A stretch of 64,000 nt of DNA, taken from assembly GCA_002269645.1 (NCBI GenBank), contig NIVC01002138.1:62001-126000 (forward strand). The letters run 5' to 3'. A program made the translations under genes and the position numbers. The notes beneath the pieces were generated by a model. That model did not search any database, was not told the origin of the DNA, and saw only the letters and a program-made list of their open reading frames with translations. This document shows, one piece after another, positions 24,640 through 38,281 of this stretch. The number at the start of each line of letters is the position of its first letter. The stretch's first letter is position 1. This DNA is from Macrostomum lignano (Eukaryota).

Positions 24640-27029
24640 CTGAGACTAAAAGCGGAAGAATGGATAAATTATTATTATAATTGGCCCTTTTAAAGATAGG
24701 TCTTAAGCTTTCAATTTGGGACAGACAATCAAAATAACAGGCATTCACTTGCCAACTATGAATAGATAATTCATAGATAATTCAGCCTCCGAAAGCAAGC
24801 GTGAATGAAATCTATCGATGAATGAAGAACTATTAGGCACAGAGCACAGTGCATGCGCATACTAATATACTTTAGGAAGTACATACATAAAGCTACACCC
24901 ACGCGGTTTCTCTCCCGCTGAGCTAGCCTACTCTACTCTGTGAGCTAGGTAAAGCAGGCAAGCATTTCTTCAGATTATAATATACTTGTCAATTTCACAG
25001 TGACTAACAGTATAAAGGCTCTGCAGATAATGAGCAAAGTAAAAACTGTTTTTTACAAGGATGCGCTCAAATAACATAATCATTGATCGATCATTGATTG
25101 ACAAGGGCGGTGAGACGCGGGAGATGGAGACTATATTTTAAGATAGGCATCTTCTTCACTCGTCTAAAAAGAAGAATAAGATGAGAAAGTGCTCGATAAT
25201 TCACTGGGAGTGGCAAGGGGCATAACTGCGGGCACAGTAATTACGAGATGAAGGCTAAAATGGCACGAAGCTGGACGCTGCACATCAACTGGAGTGTTTG
25301 CCAGTAAAACATCGAATCTCACAGGTTAGCAGGGGGGGGGGGGGGCTGAGAAGCTGGGAGGGAGCCTGAGTAGCGGGCCAGAGATTTGCAATACGCAAGT
25401 AGCAACTCAGCTCAACGCCGGCCAGTAAAGTAGTGTTTTATTATAAAAATGGAGGATAAACAGGGCGTGAAGATTGAGAGTGGGAGGGTGTGAGAGGTGA
25501 AGTAGAGATTGGAGAGAGGGAGACAGAGAGAGGAGAGAGAGCGAGGTAGCGGTGATAGGGAGAGATGGTCAGATGTTAAGAGGATGAGGGGTGAGACGGT
25601 GGCGAGAGAGTGAGGTTACCGGGAGATAGGGAGAGGGGTGATAGGTAGAGATGGTCAGATGTTAAGAGGATGAGGGGTGAGACGGTGGCGAGAGAGTGAG
25701 AAAGTGACAGGGAGATAGGGAGAGAGTGTGAGAGAGTGAACACTGAATAGATGACAAGGCAAACAGTGTGAACCCGGCGGAAGGCATCGCAGCGAAACCA
25801 GAGAGAGAGAGAGACAATGGCCGGCTTGGAAGACGGCGCATTGTCACACAGCTTCTGTACAGAAAAGGAAGGCAGAGTTGTGAGCTAACTAGGAAGAAGG
25901 TATTTCTTCCAGCATAGTCAGAGACATGACCGGCCGAGAGAAAATGAATGCTAAGGTAGAAGAAAGAAGAGAAAATCGACGGGAAGGAGACGGGATTGAG
26001 AAATTTCCACAGAACTCAGTAGGAAGACAGACAGACGGCCAAACAACCATGCGTTGAGCAAAAAGCCCCAAGAAGAGAGAGAGAGAGAGAGCTTAGCTGA
26101 GTGCAAATAGGGTTATAAAAGATGCATAGCCTCATCAGGCCTCAGGCTTGCTCAAGTACAGCAGCTTTTGCATAGGTCCACGCGACAGACTAAACACTAA
26201 ACAATGAAGGAGACGGAATCGATTTCACAAGTGGCACAGACTATAGACAGGTAGATAAACAGAAACTTCACGGCGCTTTGGCCTGGCAATGGAGCTTCAA
26301 TACAGCATTTTCTTTAACTAAATATGGCATTATCTGAATTATTAATTCAAACAAACACATTGATTCTTGACAAACAAGGGCTGTGTTAAAAACTAATGAA
26401 ATTGTTTGTTTAATTACAGGGCAGCATAAAGTTTGACAAAATAATAAAAAATCGTGAAGGCGAAACAAATTTCTATCAAACAAACTCGATAGCGAAATAG
26501 AAGGTGAAAACCAATAAAAAATAAGAATTCTTTAATTTCATTGAAATCTGACCAACTGTAAAGAAAGCTGAGCCCCATAGCCAAGCATAGAGTTGACAGC
26601 CGAAACTGTCAGCAGCGCAGGCACGATTCGCAACTGCTCGACCAGAAACGAGAGCCCCACAGCCAGCAGTGGGGCATGAGCAAACAAAGGAGTCGCAATT
26701 GTTTGAACAGTTTGAGGCAGGAATGGAGAGCTAGTATAGCCCTACAGACATGCCACTGCGGGAAAAATTTAGTTTAATAGTTCCTACTCGAATATGCTAG
26801 ACTGAATTCTCGCCAGACTGAGTCTCTAAAAGTACAGGTGTAATATTAGAAGTACAAGTACAATGAGTATTCTATGAATATTTTTAGTGCTTGAAGTATA
26901 GGAATCTAAGGCAATTATTTAGTATTTAAAATCAAACTGTGAGCAGTCATGTATTATGTACCACGGCAAATGATATGCGAGCAGCTAGGGATATTTTCTA
27001 GCAAGGTGTCCCAGACTGTTGAATTAGAT

Positions 27030-28580
27030 CAGGGGTCGGCAGACTCCGGCCCGCGGGCTACATGCGGCCCGCAGAGCATCTCCATCCGGCCCTCGGGTCC
27101 GTTGAAACTTCACAATCGCAATCCGGCCCGCTCAATGTTTATATCTCTTCTCAGAGCTCTTCTCTCTAATTTCCTCTTTACTCTCTTCCTCTATTTTCCT
27201 CTCTCTTCTCTCTTCTCTTCTCTCCTCTCTCCTCTCGTCTCTTCTCCTCTCTCTCTCCTCATCTCCTCTCTCCTATCTCCTCATCTCCTATCCTCCTCTC
27301 CTCTCTCCTCATCTCTCTCCTATCTTCTCTTCACTCCTCTTCTCTCTTCTCTTCTCTCCTCTCGTCTCCTCTCCTCTCTCCCCTCTCATCTCCTCTCCTC
27401 TCTCCTTATCTTCTCTCTTCTCTCTTCTCCTCTTTCTCTCTTCTCTTCTCTTGCCTCTTCTCTCTCCTCTCTCCTTATATTCTCTCTTCTCTCTTCTCCT
27501 CTTTCTCTCTTCTCTTCTCTTGCCTCTTCTCTCTCCTCTCCTCTCTTCTCTCTCCTCTCCTCTCTTCTCTCTCCTCTCCTCTCCTCTTTTCTCTCTCCTC
27601 TCCTCTCTTCTCTCGTCTCTTCTCCTCTCTCCTATCTCCTCATCTCCTATCCTCCTCTCCTCTCTCCTCATCTCTCTCCTATCTTCTCTTCACTCCTCTT
27701 CTCTCTTCTCTTCTCTCCTCTCGTCTCCTCTCCTCTCTCCCCTCTCATCTCCTCTCCTCTCTCCTTATATTCTCTCTTCTCTCTTCTCCTCTTTCTCTCT
27801 TCTCTTCTCTTGCCTCTTCTCTCTCCTCTCTCCTTATATTCTCTCTTCTCTCTTCTCCTCTTTCTCTCTTCTCTTCTCTTGCCTCTTCTCTCTCCTCTCC
27901 TCTCTTCTCTCTCCTCTCCTCTCTTCTCTCTCCTCTCCTCTCCTCTTTTCTCTCTCCTCTCCTCTCTTCTCTCGTCTCTTCTCCTCTCTCCTATCTCCTC
28001 ATCTCCTATCCTCCTCTCCTCTCTCCTCATCTCTCTCCTATCTTCTCTTCACTCCTCTTCTCTCTTCTCTTCTCTCCTCTCGTTTCCTCTCCTCTCTCCC
28101 CTCTCATCTCCTCCTCTCCTCTCTCCTTATCTTCTCTCTTCTCTCTTCTCCTCTTTCTCTCTTCTCTTCTCTTGCCTCTTCTCTCTCCTCTCCTCTCCTC
28201 TCTTCTCTCTCCTCTCCTCTCCTCTTTTCTCTCTCCTCTCCTCTCTTCTCTCCTCTCTTCTCTCTCCTCTCCTCTCTTCTCTCCTCTCTTCTCTCTCCTC
28301 TTCTCTCTCCTCTCCTCTCCTCTCTTCTTTATAATCTCCTCTCTCCTCTTCTCTCGTCTCGCCTCATCTCCTCTCTCCTCTCTTCTCCTTTTCTCTCCCC
28401 CTCTCCTATCCTCTCTCCTCTTCTATCCACTCCTTTCTTCTACTTTATTCTCTCGCCTCTCCTTTCTCTTACCCCTCTTCTCTCTTCTTTATTCCCTCTC
28501 CTCTCTCCCCTCCTCCGGCCCGCAGTCATTCTCTAGGTTCTCTATTTGGCCCTTGAGGTAAAAAAGTTTTCGGAACCCTG
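27030..28580. mobile_element. hAT-Charlie-like MITE containing a 1.4-kb CT-rich low-complexity tract
   Basis: TIRs CAGGGGTCGGCAGACT and AGTTTTCGGAACCCTG (12/16). TSD AATTAGAT/AATTAGAC (7/8). Subterminal CGGCCCGCGGGCTACATGCGGCCCG motifs are typical of Charlie-type MITEs. Confidence 0.82.
27140..28515 (+). repeat. CT-rich low-complexity tract with internal duplication (period about 359 bp)
   Basis: Direct reading; identical repeat-derived ORF starts at 27671 and 28030. Confidence 0.92.
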
Positions 28581-28805
28581 AATTAGACGGTCACTTTAGC
28601 TAAAAACGCATTAGCAGGATGGAATTATTTTGTTTTTGCGACTTGTAGCATCAAATAAATATAGTCGGTCCTGTTTTACGTGTTTTAGTATACAAATATT
28701 GATATATTTGTGGCCCTCTGTAGCAGTTAGCATAGCATTAAGTGAGGATTTACCCCACAGAGAGTCTCGGCCTGACTACAACAAAACCTGAGAATGTCTA
28801 TGGCC

Positions 28806-28995
28806 AAAAGATCTGAGGTCTGTGGCCAAAACATCAGAGGTTTATGGCCTAAAGATCTGAGGTCTGTGGCCAAAACATCAGAGGTTTATGGCCTAAAGAT
28901 CTGAGGTCTGTGGCCAAAACATCAGAGGTTTATGGCCTAAAGATCTGAGGTCTGTGGCCAAAACATCTGAGGTTTATGGCCTAAAGATCTGAAAA
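28806..28995 (+). repeat. 44-bp tandem repeat (dimer of 22-bp subunits), about 4 copies
   Basis: Unit TCTGAGGTCTGTGGCCAAAACATCAGAGGTTTATGGCCTAAAGA. Confidence 0.9.
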
Positions 28996-30384
28996 GGTCT
29001 ATGGCCAACAGACCGTTGATTCAGTGCAAAGCCAGCAGGCAGACACAAAATGCGTTTCACGCCTGTGGAGACTGTCTGTGGTAAACCCTTACTTGACAGC
29101 TTAGATAGCCCAATAATGGCCCTCGTTTTGTGAAAAATTAGCCAGAACGTTTTTTCGATATCCGAATCAAGCATACAGCAAAACTTCGCCGACAGAAGCT
29201 GCGTCTGCGTGCGATGTGTGTAAGATAGATACTACATAACGCAATACTGCTTTTAAATAAGAGTTATTTTAGTTTATTTTTAGCTTATTTTTGCCAGCTG
29301 TTTTATATCTGTGGCGGCCATGGAGTAGTCGACCACAAATGAGCTTCACTTCTTTTGCTGGCGTTGACGCGAGATTGGCATTCTAGTTATACTGAATATA
29401 TTCCGAGTCACGCTTACCCACTCCCAGCAGTTAATTGATTCACATTTCTTTCTACTTTCTTAGGTATTCCCTCAGGAACGAAGTTAAACGAAGGCTATTT
29501 GTATTTGTGTGAATTCGGCTGAGCAGCTGTCTTCCATTTATTTCTTAAATCCAAGGTTTGAGCCCTATGCAGCATATGTTATAATAGCAACTGTTATAGC
29601 AGTTTGGTAAAAATCAGCCTTCAATCTAGTAGTCCTTGATTTCTAGCAGTCATGCCCAATACATGCATGCGAATCGAAATCGATGAATGCTTAAGCCTTC
29701 ATGGGACTTTCTCTTCTTTAATTCGCAAGCGTGCACGCATACAGCAATTCAGCAGCAAAGGCCACACCACAATTTCCTGCGCTGGAATCGCTAATCAAAT
29801 CAATAACTCCGGGGGTCCATGGCCCCGCAGGATTTGAGGGATTTGATTTGATTCACATTTAAAAACACACAGAGAGAGAGCATGGATCGCAGGGACCCAG
29901 CTGGAAGGCGTGTCGCTTCTCTACTCTGTCTGGGCAAAATCAATGTCAAAATAAATACGCCCCAGATGCCAGAGCCCGTCAGGGGATCAGGATGAAAAGT
30001 TTTTTTTACGACCCCGGAGCTTCGCTGTCGTCCGAGCGGAAGAGACGGGCAAGCGGAGATGGGGAACATCGAAGTATCCGCTCCTTCCCTCTCTTACGGT
30101 GTTTCCGCCTTCCTCTCTCATCTTCTTCATCCCGAAGTTTTCAGTTTGCTTGTTTTTTTGCGCAGAACCAGCCGCACCAGCGCCTTTTTCCCAGGAGACA
30201 TAACTGGCACTGCACAGCCTGCACTGCACTCAGCGCTCACTTCGCTCGATCCATTTTCATTTTTGGTGATAAAGCTCTCATGCTTAGCATCGCTTCACCC
30301 CATGCACGCAACACAGCTCCTTAGTCTGTGCAACTCTGTGAAACTGAGGGGTAATCGTGATTTGACGTTTAAACTGCTGACGTC

Positions 30385-30715
30385 AACTCGTGACCTAGGA
30401 AACTGAGGTGAAGATGCTTTGTGACCTTGAAACTGAGGCCAAGTTGAAACCTTGAAAACGAGGTCAAGATGTAGCGTTGACTACGGTCAGCTCACGAGGT
30501 GACCTTGGAAACGAGGTCAGCTCACGAGGTGACCTTGAAACTGAGGTCAAGTCACGGGTTGATCTTGGAAGTGAGGCCAAGTCACGAGGTGACCTTGAAA
30601 GTGAGGTCAGCTCACGAGGTGACCTTGATCTTGGAAGTGAGGCCAAGTCACGAGGTGCCTTAGAAAGTGAGGCCAAGTTACAAAAGGTCTTTGAAGTTGA
30701 GGCCAAGTCCTGACC
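30385..30715 (+). repeat. Degenerate tandem repeat of about 30 bp (GAGGTCAGCTCACGAGGTGACCTTGAAA-like)
   Basis: Direct reading. Confidence 0.8.
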
Positions 30716-30795
30716 TCGAAAGTGTCATCAATTTGTGATTCATGTCGACCTATTGAATATGAAAGGTACTAAAAACCAGTAAACTAGTATTTTAC

Positions 30796-31170
30796 CTTCC
30801 GCACGCGATTCTCGCAGACCTCGGCATGGTGTGCGCAGTCTAACGGCATCAGGCTGGGATGAGGCAGCCGCTGCTGGCCTGAGGAGCCGGTCCTGCGGCG
30901 CAGATGCCGGTCAGAGTCGGACGTTGCCAGGTGGCGCAGCCGGCTGACCAGGCCGCCAACCGGACTGCGAGTTGCCGGGCCGGTCGGCGAGACCGTCGCG
31001 GCCGTCGGAGTTCCGGGACTGTCGCCCGCGGCACGAGTTTTGGGCCGGCTGATTGTGTGAGCATTCTCAGACTTGGCGCGGGGCCGGATGGTGTCGAGGA
31101 AGAACTGCTTGACGGTGGATCTCTGCTGCAGGTGCTGATGCTGATGCTCGCTCTGCTGTTCGCCTGGCGG
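30796..31170 (-). CDS. PRKAG: Probable AMPK gamma long-isoform N-terminal exon
   Basis: GC-rich open frame of 125 codons, phase 0-0 (ATTAG|CCG ... AAG|GTAAAA). Encodes ...QQRSTVKQFFLDTIRPRAKSENA..., which from memory resembles the FxxxRPRSKS motif of long invertebrate SNF4A-gamma isoforms. This frame is not in the ORF track. Confidence 0.6.
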
Positions 31171-31228
31171 CTAATTGAGCAGATTTTCTAGAGTAAGTCA
31201 GCCTTCAAAACCAGATGGGCATAATAAA

Positions 31229-31463
31229 CATACATGCGCAACACCCGGCCGGCTGGCGAGGGGCCCAGCCAAGGTAAGTCTCAAAAATGTCAATCCGGAA
31301 AAAATCGACGTAGTACTTATTAGATGACGAGGGGTTTAACCTTAATAATAAAGTTATAGTTACTTCTATTGTTTACGCAAAATTACGTTTTTTGCTTGGT
31401 TTTTTTCATAGGTAAGTTGCAGTTTTGGTCAAAAAGTGTAAATCAGGGGGTTGCGCATGTATG
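31229..31463. mobile_element. 235-bp MITE with 8-bp TSD (hAT-like)
   Basis: Perfect 14-bp TIRs CATACATGCGCAAC and GTTGCGCATGTATG. Perfect TSD ATAATAAA (31221-31228, 31464-31471). Confidence 0.88.
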
Positions 31464-32642
31464 ATAATAAAGCTTTCATTCTTTTTCTTTAACACCTTCA
31501 GCCAATGAAAATTTGAAGGCCAATTTCACTCCAAAGTTGTGCTCTATCTTTCGAATTTCTTTGCTTAAGCTTTAAAAGATGCATAAGACATAAGACTCAG
31601 TAAATACTAAAAGAGACTGGCGTCCATTCACAATTTTCATAGGTAATGATTAGATCATGCTGTACATGACTTTTCGGTCTGAGTATAAAATAAAAAATCA
31701 TTACTGAAGGACAAATTAATGCTAGAAAAAATACACTCTTCTCGGAGAAGAGCGTCAGAAATGAGAAACTGAAGATCTTCCGCACGAATTTCGCCTCCAG
31801 ATTTTGCTCTCAGCATGTGGTAGGTACAAAAATGACAGAAAGACACTTTACGACAGCTTAAATATCTTGGCAGAGTTAAAGCCGGTGAAAAAATCAAGTA
31901 TCAGCGCTATAGCTTCCTTATAGGATAAACCTTCCATGCAATCGAGAACGCGGTTTTGTTAGCTAAACACGTTTATATACCGTTTTAACCAACAGAGGCA
32001 GACGCAGCTCTATGCACAAAAAAGCTCTTCCATCATAAGCGCGTCTGGTTTCAACCATTATATCACAATTAATGTATCAATCAGCTAGCTTACATTGCAG
32101 CTAGGAATTTTATCAAGGCAAGAAGCTGATACTTTGATGAACCGCAAGCGGGATCTTCCTCTTCCATTTCTGCTTGTTCGTTATCTTATTTCCTTGTTCA
32201 GCCCCGGGTTTCTTTGTCGCAGGAATCCCCGACTCGCTACCTAGCCCCGAGATATTTGCGAATTTCTCCCTTGCTAGCTTTTCTATTGAGCACTAAAAGC
32301 TATCAATCTACTTTCCATATCTCTACTCGGATGGTCGCTCCTGCTTTATCACTCAAGTTTTTTCGCTTCTCCACTGCCCACTAACTTAACTCGTACTCTT
32401 CGTGTTCTCAACTTACTCTCTTTAATACTGCATAACATTATCTAGTGCCTTCTTTCCAACCGCTGATTTCTACTTGCCCAATTGTACCCCTTATTCCCCT
32501 TTTTCACTGAAGAGACTTAGTTGATAACTCAGAACTTTAAGTAGCTGGATTTAAGCAATTGTTAAACTCGATTATTGTTTTGTATAAAAACTCATTTAAA
32601 TATTTGCATCTATTGATTTAATATCTCGGTGTATAAATTCCA

Positions 32643-33005
32643 AATCCCCATGTACTCATTCAGTATCCCCATCTACTCATTCGGTATCCCCATCTACTCA
32701 TTCAGTATCCCCATCTACTCATTCAGTATCCCCATCTACTCATTCCGTATCCCCATCTACTCATTCGGTATCCCCATCTACTCATTCAGTATCCCCATCT
32801 ACTCATTCAGTATCCCCATCTACTCATTCAGTATCCCCATCTACTCATTCAGTATCCCCATCTACTCATTCAGTATCCCCATCTACTCATTCCGTACCCC
32901 CATCTACTCATTCAGTATCCCCATCTACTCATTCAGTATCCCCATCTACTCATTCAGTATCCCCATCTACTCACCTACTCTACTCATTCCGTATCCCCAT
33001 CACTC
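32643..33005 (+). repeat. 21-bp minisatellite (CCCCATCTACTCATTCAGTAT)n
   Basis: Direct reading. Confidence 0.95.
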
Positions 33006-34180
33006 ATTCCACATCATTTATTTGCAAAAGTCATTTGATTCTGCCATTGACAATCATGCAGTTCAAAGTCCCAGCCCCTTTCACTCACCTGCATCGGTCA
33101 AATAGCTCGTGCGTCTCAAATAGCGCGATTAAAAATGCGAATAATAATTTAACACAGTTTGCGAGCCAGACCCGGATACTAACAGATGCCCTAGCAATGC
33201 TTTTATATTAGCCAATGAGGAGGACAGCAGAGAAGGGGATTTGTGGGAAGAGAGTAGAGCAACACCTGACTGCCAACTTGATAATTGAGGCTAGTCAGGG
33301 GGATTAGGCTCTGCGATAAGGTTAGAAAAAGGAAAAATAGACTGAGAGGGCAGAGCAACCTGAATGCTAAAGCTGCCGGGTATAAAAGAGAGCGCAGGGG
33401 AAATGGGAAAAACACTGCCGGTTGGGGTGGGAGATACTCTCTTGAAAAAAACTTTCTTCCCTTCAAGGCGGAAGTTTTTCTGCTCCTACTGTCCCGAATC
33501 GCAGGAACTCTAATATAATGTTGATTATATATATTGAGCCTGTACATATTCTGCGAAGTATTTATATATGGAGTGAGCATATACACTGTGTAGGCTGTAG
33601 GGCCTCAGGGTGATGGAAGAAAGAGAATGGACGCAGGTTGGGGTTGATTGCGGGCCCGGAATTTTGGAAGGAGACGCTGGTTGGTCGGCATGAGAGCGGA
33701 GGGGCTGAGAAGGATGGAGCTACGCATGCAGGCTTAGCAGTAGCGGTTTAGAATTGCGTAGATTAACCTGCATGCAAGATCCAAATAAAGAAGTTCACGA
33801 CAGTAAAGATGGGATTGGGTAGATGAGGGTTTTACAAACTTAAAATATCTTTGGCGATCCGCGTCTTTCACCTCACTGCTCATTCACTCTATTCTCTTAA
33901 TGCACTTAGAAGCCAACTACCCAAGAGAAATAGTAGTAGGAAAATAGAATGCCTATGAGTATATGCATATCAGGCTGAAGAGGCCTTAATGTGGATTAAT
34001 GCGATTTTGGCGAAAGCTTCAAAAACAGAAAAAAATCCAAACTATTATAGACCAAACACAGAATCTCAAGGCTGGATAATTATAGCGTTATTAAGAATGA
34101 ATTTCAGAGAACAAGATCGATTAGAGATCTGTGAAATCTTTATTCTTGATTGGATTGAATTTGCGATATCTCGCTTAGGA

Positions 34181-34932
34181 ATCTGATCAGTGAGATCTGG
34201 AGATCTGATCAGTGAGATCTGGGGATCTGATCTATGAGATCTGGGGATCTGATCTATGAGATCTGGAGATCTGATCTGTGAGATCTGGGGATCTGATCTA
34301 TGAGATCTGGGGATCTGATCTATGAGATCTGGAGATCTGATCTGTGAGATCTGGGGATCTGATCTATGAGATCTGGGGATCTGATCAGTGAGATCTGGAG
34401 ATCTGATCTGTGAGATCTGGGGATCTGATCTATGAGATCTGGGGATCTGATCAGTGAGATCTGGAGATCTGATCTGTGAGATCTGGAGATCTGATCTGTG
34501 AGATCTGGGGATCTGATCTATGAGATCTGGGGATCTGATCTGTGAGATCTGGAGATCTGATCTGTGAGATCTGGAGATCTGATCTGTGAGATCTGGGATT
34601 CTGATCAGTGAGATCTGGGGATCTGATCTGTGAGATCTGGGGATCTGATCTGTGAGATCTGGAGATCTGATCTGTGAGATCTGGAGATCTGATCTGTGAG
34701 ATCTGGGATTCTGATCAGTGAGATCTGGGGATCTGATCTGTGAGATCTGGGGATCTGAGCTATGAGATCTAGGGATCTGAGCTGTGAGATCTGATCTGTG
34801 AGATCTGGAGATCTGATCTTCGAGATCTGGGATTCTGATCAGTGAGATCTGGGGATCTGATCAGTGAGATCTGGGGATCTGATCAGTGAGATCTGGGATT
34901 CTGATCAGTGAGATCTGGGGATCTGATCTATG
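34181..34932 (+). repeat. 22-bp minisatellite (GATCTGATCTGTGAGATCTGGG)n
   Basis: Direct reading; three GATC per unit. Confidence 0.95.
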
Positions 34933-35724
34933 ACAATTTTTGAGAAAAATGCTTGGTTGATATCAAAGAGCCTCAGAAATCAATGAATCCCAGTGAGAAA
35001 TCATGGGTTTGATTTATCAACTTTGAGAAAATCAATCAAAACAAAATTCAGAAAGACATCTTGGCCAACTGACTGTTAAAGCTTGTTGCTTCCAAAGCTC
35101 TCAGAACATAAAAGTACAGAAACACTAATCTCAGTGCTGGCAGATGGCAGAAAGAAATTCGCGCGTTTGAACTCGACTTACAGACAGAAGCCAACCCCCG
35201 AGCCGAGGCGTTACATGCAAAGGATTACACGATTAGGGTTGGAAAGTGTGCTGGCCCGGCGGCCGATGGGATTAAGTTATAGGAAAGCTCCTATTTGAGT
35301 TCTGGTCGAACAGGCATCAAATGACCAAATAACGCTACCCTAGTTCCACCCTCCGGCAAAGCAAAACGGATTACACAGAAAGTACATTTCTTTCGTGTTT
35401 GCGTATGCCGTAATGTAAACCAAGTCTCATAAGCTACTGATTCCCGATTTACTGCTATAGCCAGTACAGCCCATAACGGAGAACTATCGAGCCGTTATTG
35501 ATTTTGTTTCCAAACCTGCAAGCTTTACCCGGTTCTTTTGACTCCTGTCCTGAGTTGAAAGAGGGAAAATTTTGCAAAGATGAGTAGAAATGAAGCTCAT
35601 ACACGAAAATAAGACATAAGCAGAAATTTATAAAATCTGCCTCTAAAGTCTAAGATTTTTTAATGAATCACTAGTTTCCCGGCCCTAGAATTTAGTGGTC
35701 CCTGCACTTGCTCTTTCTTCGGGT

Positions 35725-36285
35725 TGTCTCTGCCATTACCCCCCCCCCTTCTCAGGTCTGTCTGCCATTATCCTCCCCCTTCTCAGGACTGTCTGCCATT
35801 ATCCTCCCCCCTTCTCAGGACTGTCTGCCATTACCCCCCCCCTTCTCAGGACTGTCTGCCATTATCCTCCCCCCTTCTCAGGACTGTCTGCCATTATCCT
35901 CCCCCTTCTCAGGACTGTCTGCCATTACCCCCCCCTTCTCAGGACTGTCTGCCATTATCCTCCCCCCTTCTCAGGACTGTCTGCCATTAACCTCCCCCCC
36001 TTCTCAGGACTGTCTGCCATTAACCTCCCCCCCTTCTCAGGACTGTCTGCCATTACCCCCCCTTCTCAGGACTGTCTGCCATTATCCTCCCCCCTTCTCA
36101 GGACTGGCCATTACCCCCCATTCTTAGGAATGTCTGCCATTACCCCCCATTCTCAGGACTGTCTGCCATTAACCCCAATTTTCAGGACTGTCTGCTATTA
36201 ACCTCCCATTCTTAGGAATGTCTGCCATTACCCCCCATTCTCAGGACTGTCTGCCGTTAACCCCCCTTTCTCAGGACTGTCTCTG
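35725..36285 (+). repeat. About 32-bp minisatellite (TCTCAGGACTGTCTGCCATTA(T)CCTCCCCCCT)n
   Basis: Direct reading; variable C-runs. Confidence 0.95.
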
Positions 36286-38281
36286 CCATAATCCTTTGAT
36301 TCTTTGGGTTTTTGTCTGCAATTAATCTAACGACATGTAATCCAGAGAGTCTGCAAACTCTGTCCTGCCTTGAATTAGGTTAGCAAGACGTCAAGACGTC
36401 AAGACGTTAAAGCTCCAAAACATCGGGTTCAAGTAATTAAATATACGTAGAAAAGTTATGCGTAAACAGGTTCCCCTGAGCCTACTTATTAGTGCTGCTG
36501 TAAGTAGCATGTGGCAAATGTTTTGCCAAACTACCAAAACAGCAATAAGTGCATTCATTCAGTCATATTATTGTTGTTGTATTGCGATTGTAATAAGAAT
36601 TCAAATGATTTATCATTTGTGCTCTGAATCTGAAAGGCTCTGAGGCATGCACCAGCTTTCCTTTCGACAGGGCAAATTAACTCAAACCCAGCTAGAAATT
36701 GAGATTGCAGATTGATTATGTGACGGTTGAGGCCTTTTAAAAGCTTAATAATGACATGAGAATGATAACGAGGCCATCCCTCTCCATCAGTTTATATTGC
36801 TCTGCTTCGTTTTAATTCTCAATTCTCATGGATCAAACGGAAGGCCTTTTTGACGAAGCTTCGAGATCCAGGCCAGTTTTCAATTCTAGTAAAAAGCCCT
36901 GAAAGCAGATGCTAAAAAACAAAATACATAGCTAGTTCGAGGAAAGCAAAATTTGAAAGCATTAACTTCATCATCTGATCCTTTAGCAACAAAATCTTAT
37001 CCTAATATATATAGGGATAATTTCTGATCAGGTATTTCAATAGAAACAGCACAAGCAATATCTATAGCTGTAAGTAAGTCTAATAAGACCTGTAGGCTGT
37101 AATCCGAAACTCGAGCAAGAGAGTGCAGTGCACTTATGCAGACATGCACCACGTGATCGCAGGCTCCAGCCAAAGCAAAGCGTCATGAAGCGCACTGAAA
37201 ATGCTCGATAGATAGCATTTTTTTAGATTGTTTCCATTTCAGTTTGCAACAGAGGCAGACAGGAGAGGCCGGAGGGGCTTTGTTTATTTTATTGTTGCCA
37301 GTTTAGTGGCGGCATCCATGAGATCCAGGGGCCAAGTGGAATTCTTTGTTATTAAAAAACATTTTTGTTCTTATAAATCAAGGAGATCTAGAAGCAGAAT
37401 CTGGACTCCAGAGTTACTTAACCAGCTTTCATAAATTCTGATTTTCCCAGTTTTCTGGGAAAACACAACAGAGGCAAGTTTTTAGCTTACGTAACGTGTC
37501 GTTAAATCACGTTTACGTCTTAACGTCTTAACGTCTTGAAACAATGTTGCAAAACTACACTCGAACGTCTCGAAGTAAGGAACATTAGTTTGAGTAAAAA
37601 CTTGAAAAAATATATTTTTCAAATAATTTCTTGAAATCCTGAAATTGGGATTCCAATCCAATCCAACCCTGAGAATGAGGGTTTAGGGTCATTAGGGAAG
37701 AGTTAAAGTACTCCAGGTTCTAGTTCAAGGTCTTCGTGGTTTACTACCCATTCATATAGATAGATATAGCGTTAGTATCAATACAAGCAAATGCATGGGC
37801 TAAGACTAAAGACTATTTAAACGAGATAAATCGCTGGCCCCAGACCCAGACAAGGTCCAAGTTTAAGTGCGCCTGCACCAATTGGTAATAAAAAAATTGG
37901 TCTGTGCGTGCGTGCGACCCCACCCACCCACTAATGTACACAGTGACAAAGCTGGTACGAGATTCCCCTAAGTCTCAACTTCAACTTTGCTTGATATAGC
38001 AATAAGATGGTTATTTTGCAGCTTCGAACCACTAGAGGCAGCAAGGCTGAGCTAAAATAACTGAACATTGTTTATGGCTCGTCGGCTCGTAAATAAATGT
38101 TAAGGGTAGCTGGAGAACAGGACAAAGGGTATTGGGAACTGGGAAGGAGGTCAAATCGAAGCTTAAAAAGTTGGCTTTAATTTCAACCCTGCAACTGCCT
38201 TGCATTGGTCTGCATTCACCATGTGAGCTCAATAGTATAGCTCAGTAGATAAATGCAAGATTTGCATCAAGTGTGACTCAC

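Noticed and set aside
26949-28561. Leu/Ser-rich and Arg/Glu-rich ORFs
   Set aside because: Translation of the CT-rich low-complexity tract.
29800-30406. Short ORFs or a possible alternative first exon inside the AMPK gamma intron
   Set aside because: No homology and no strong splice-signal pair; cannot be supported from sequence alone.
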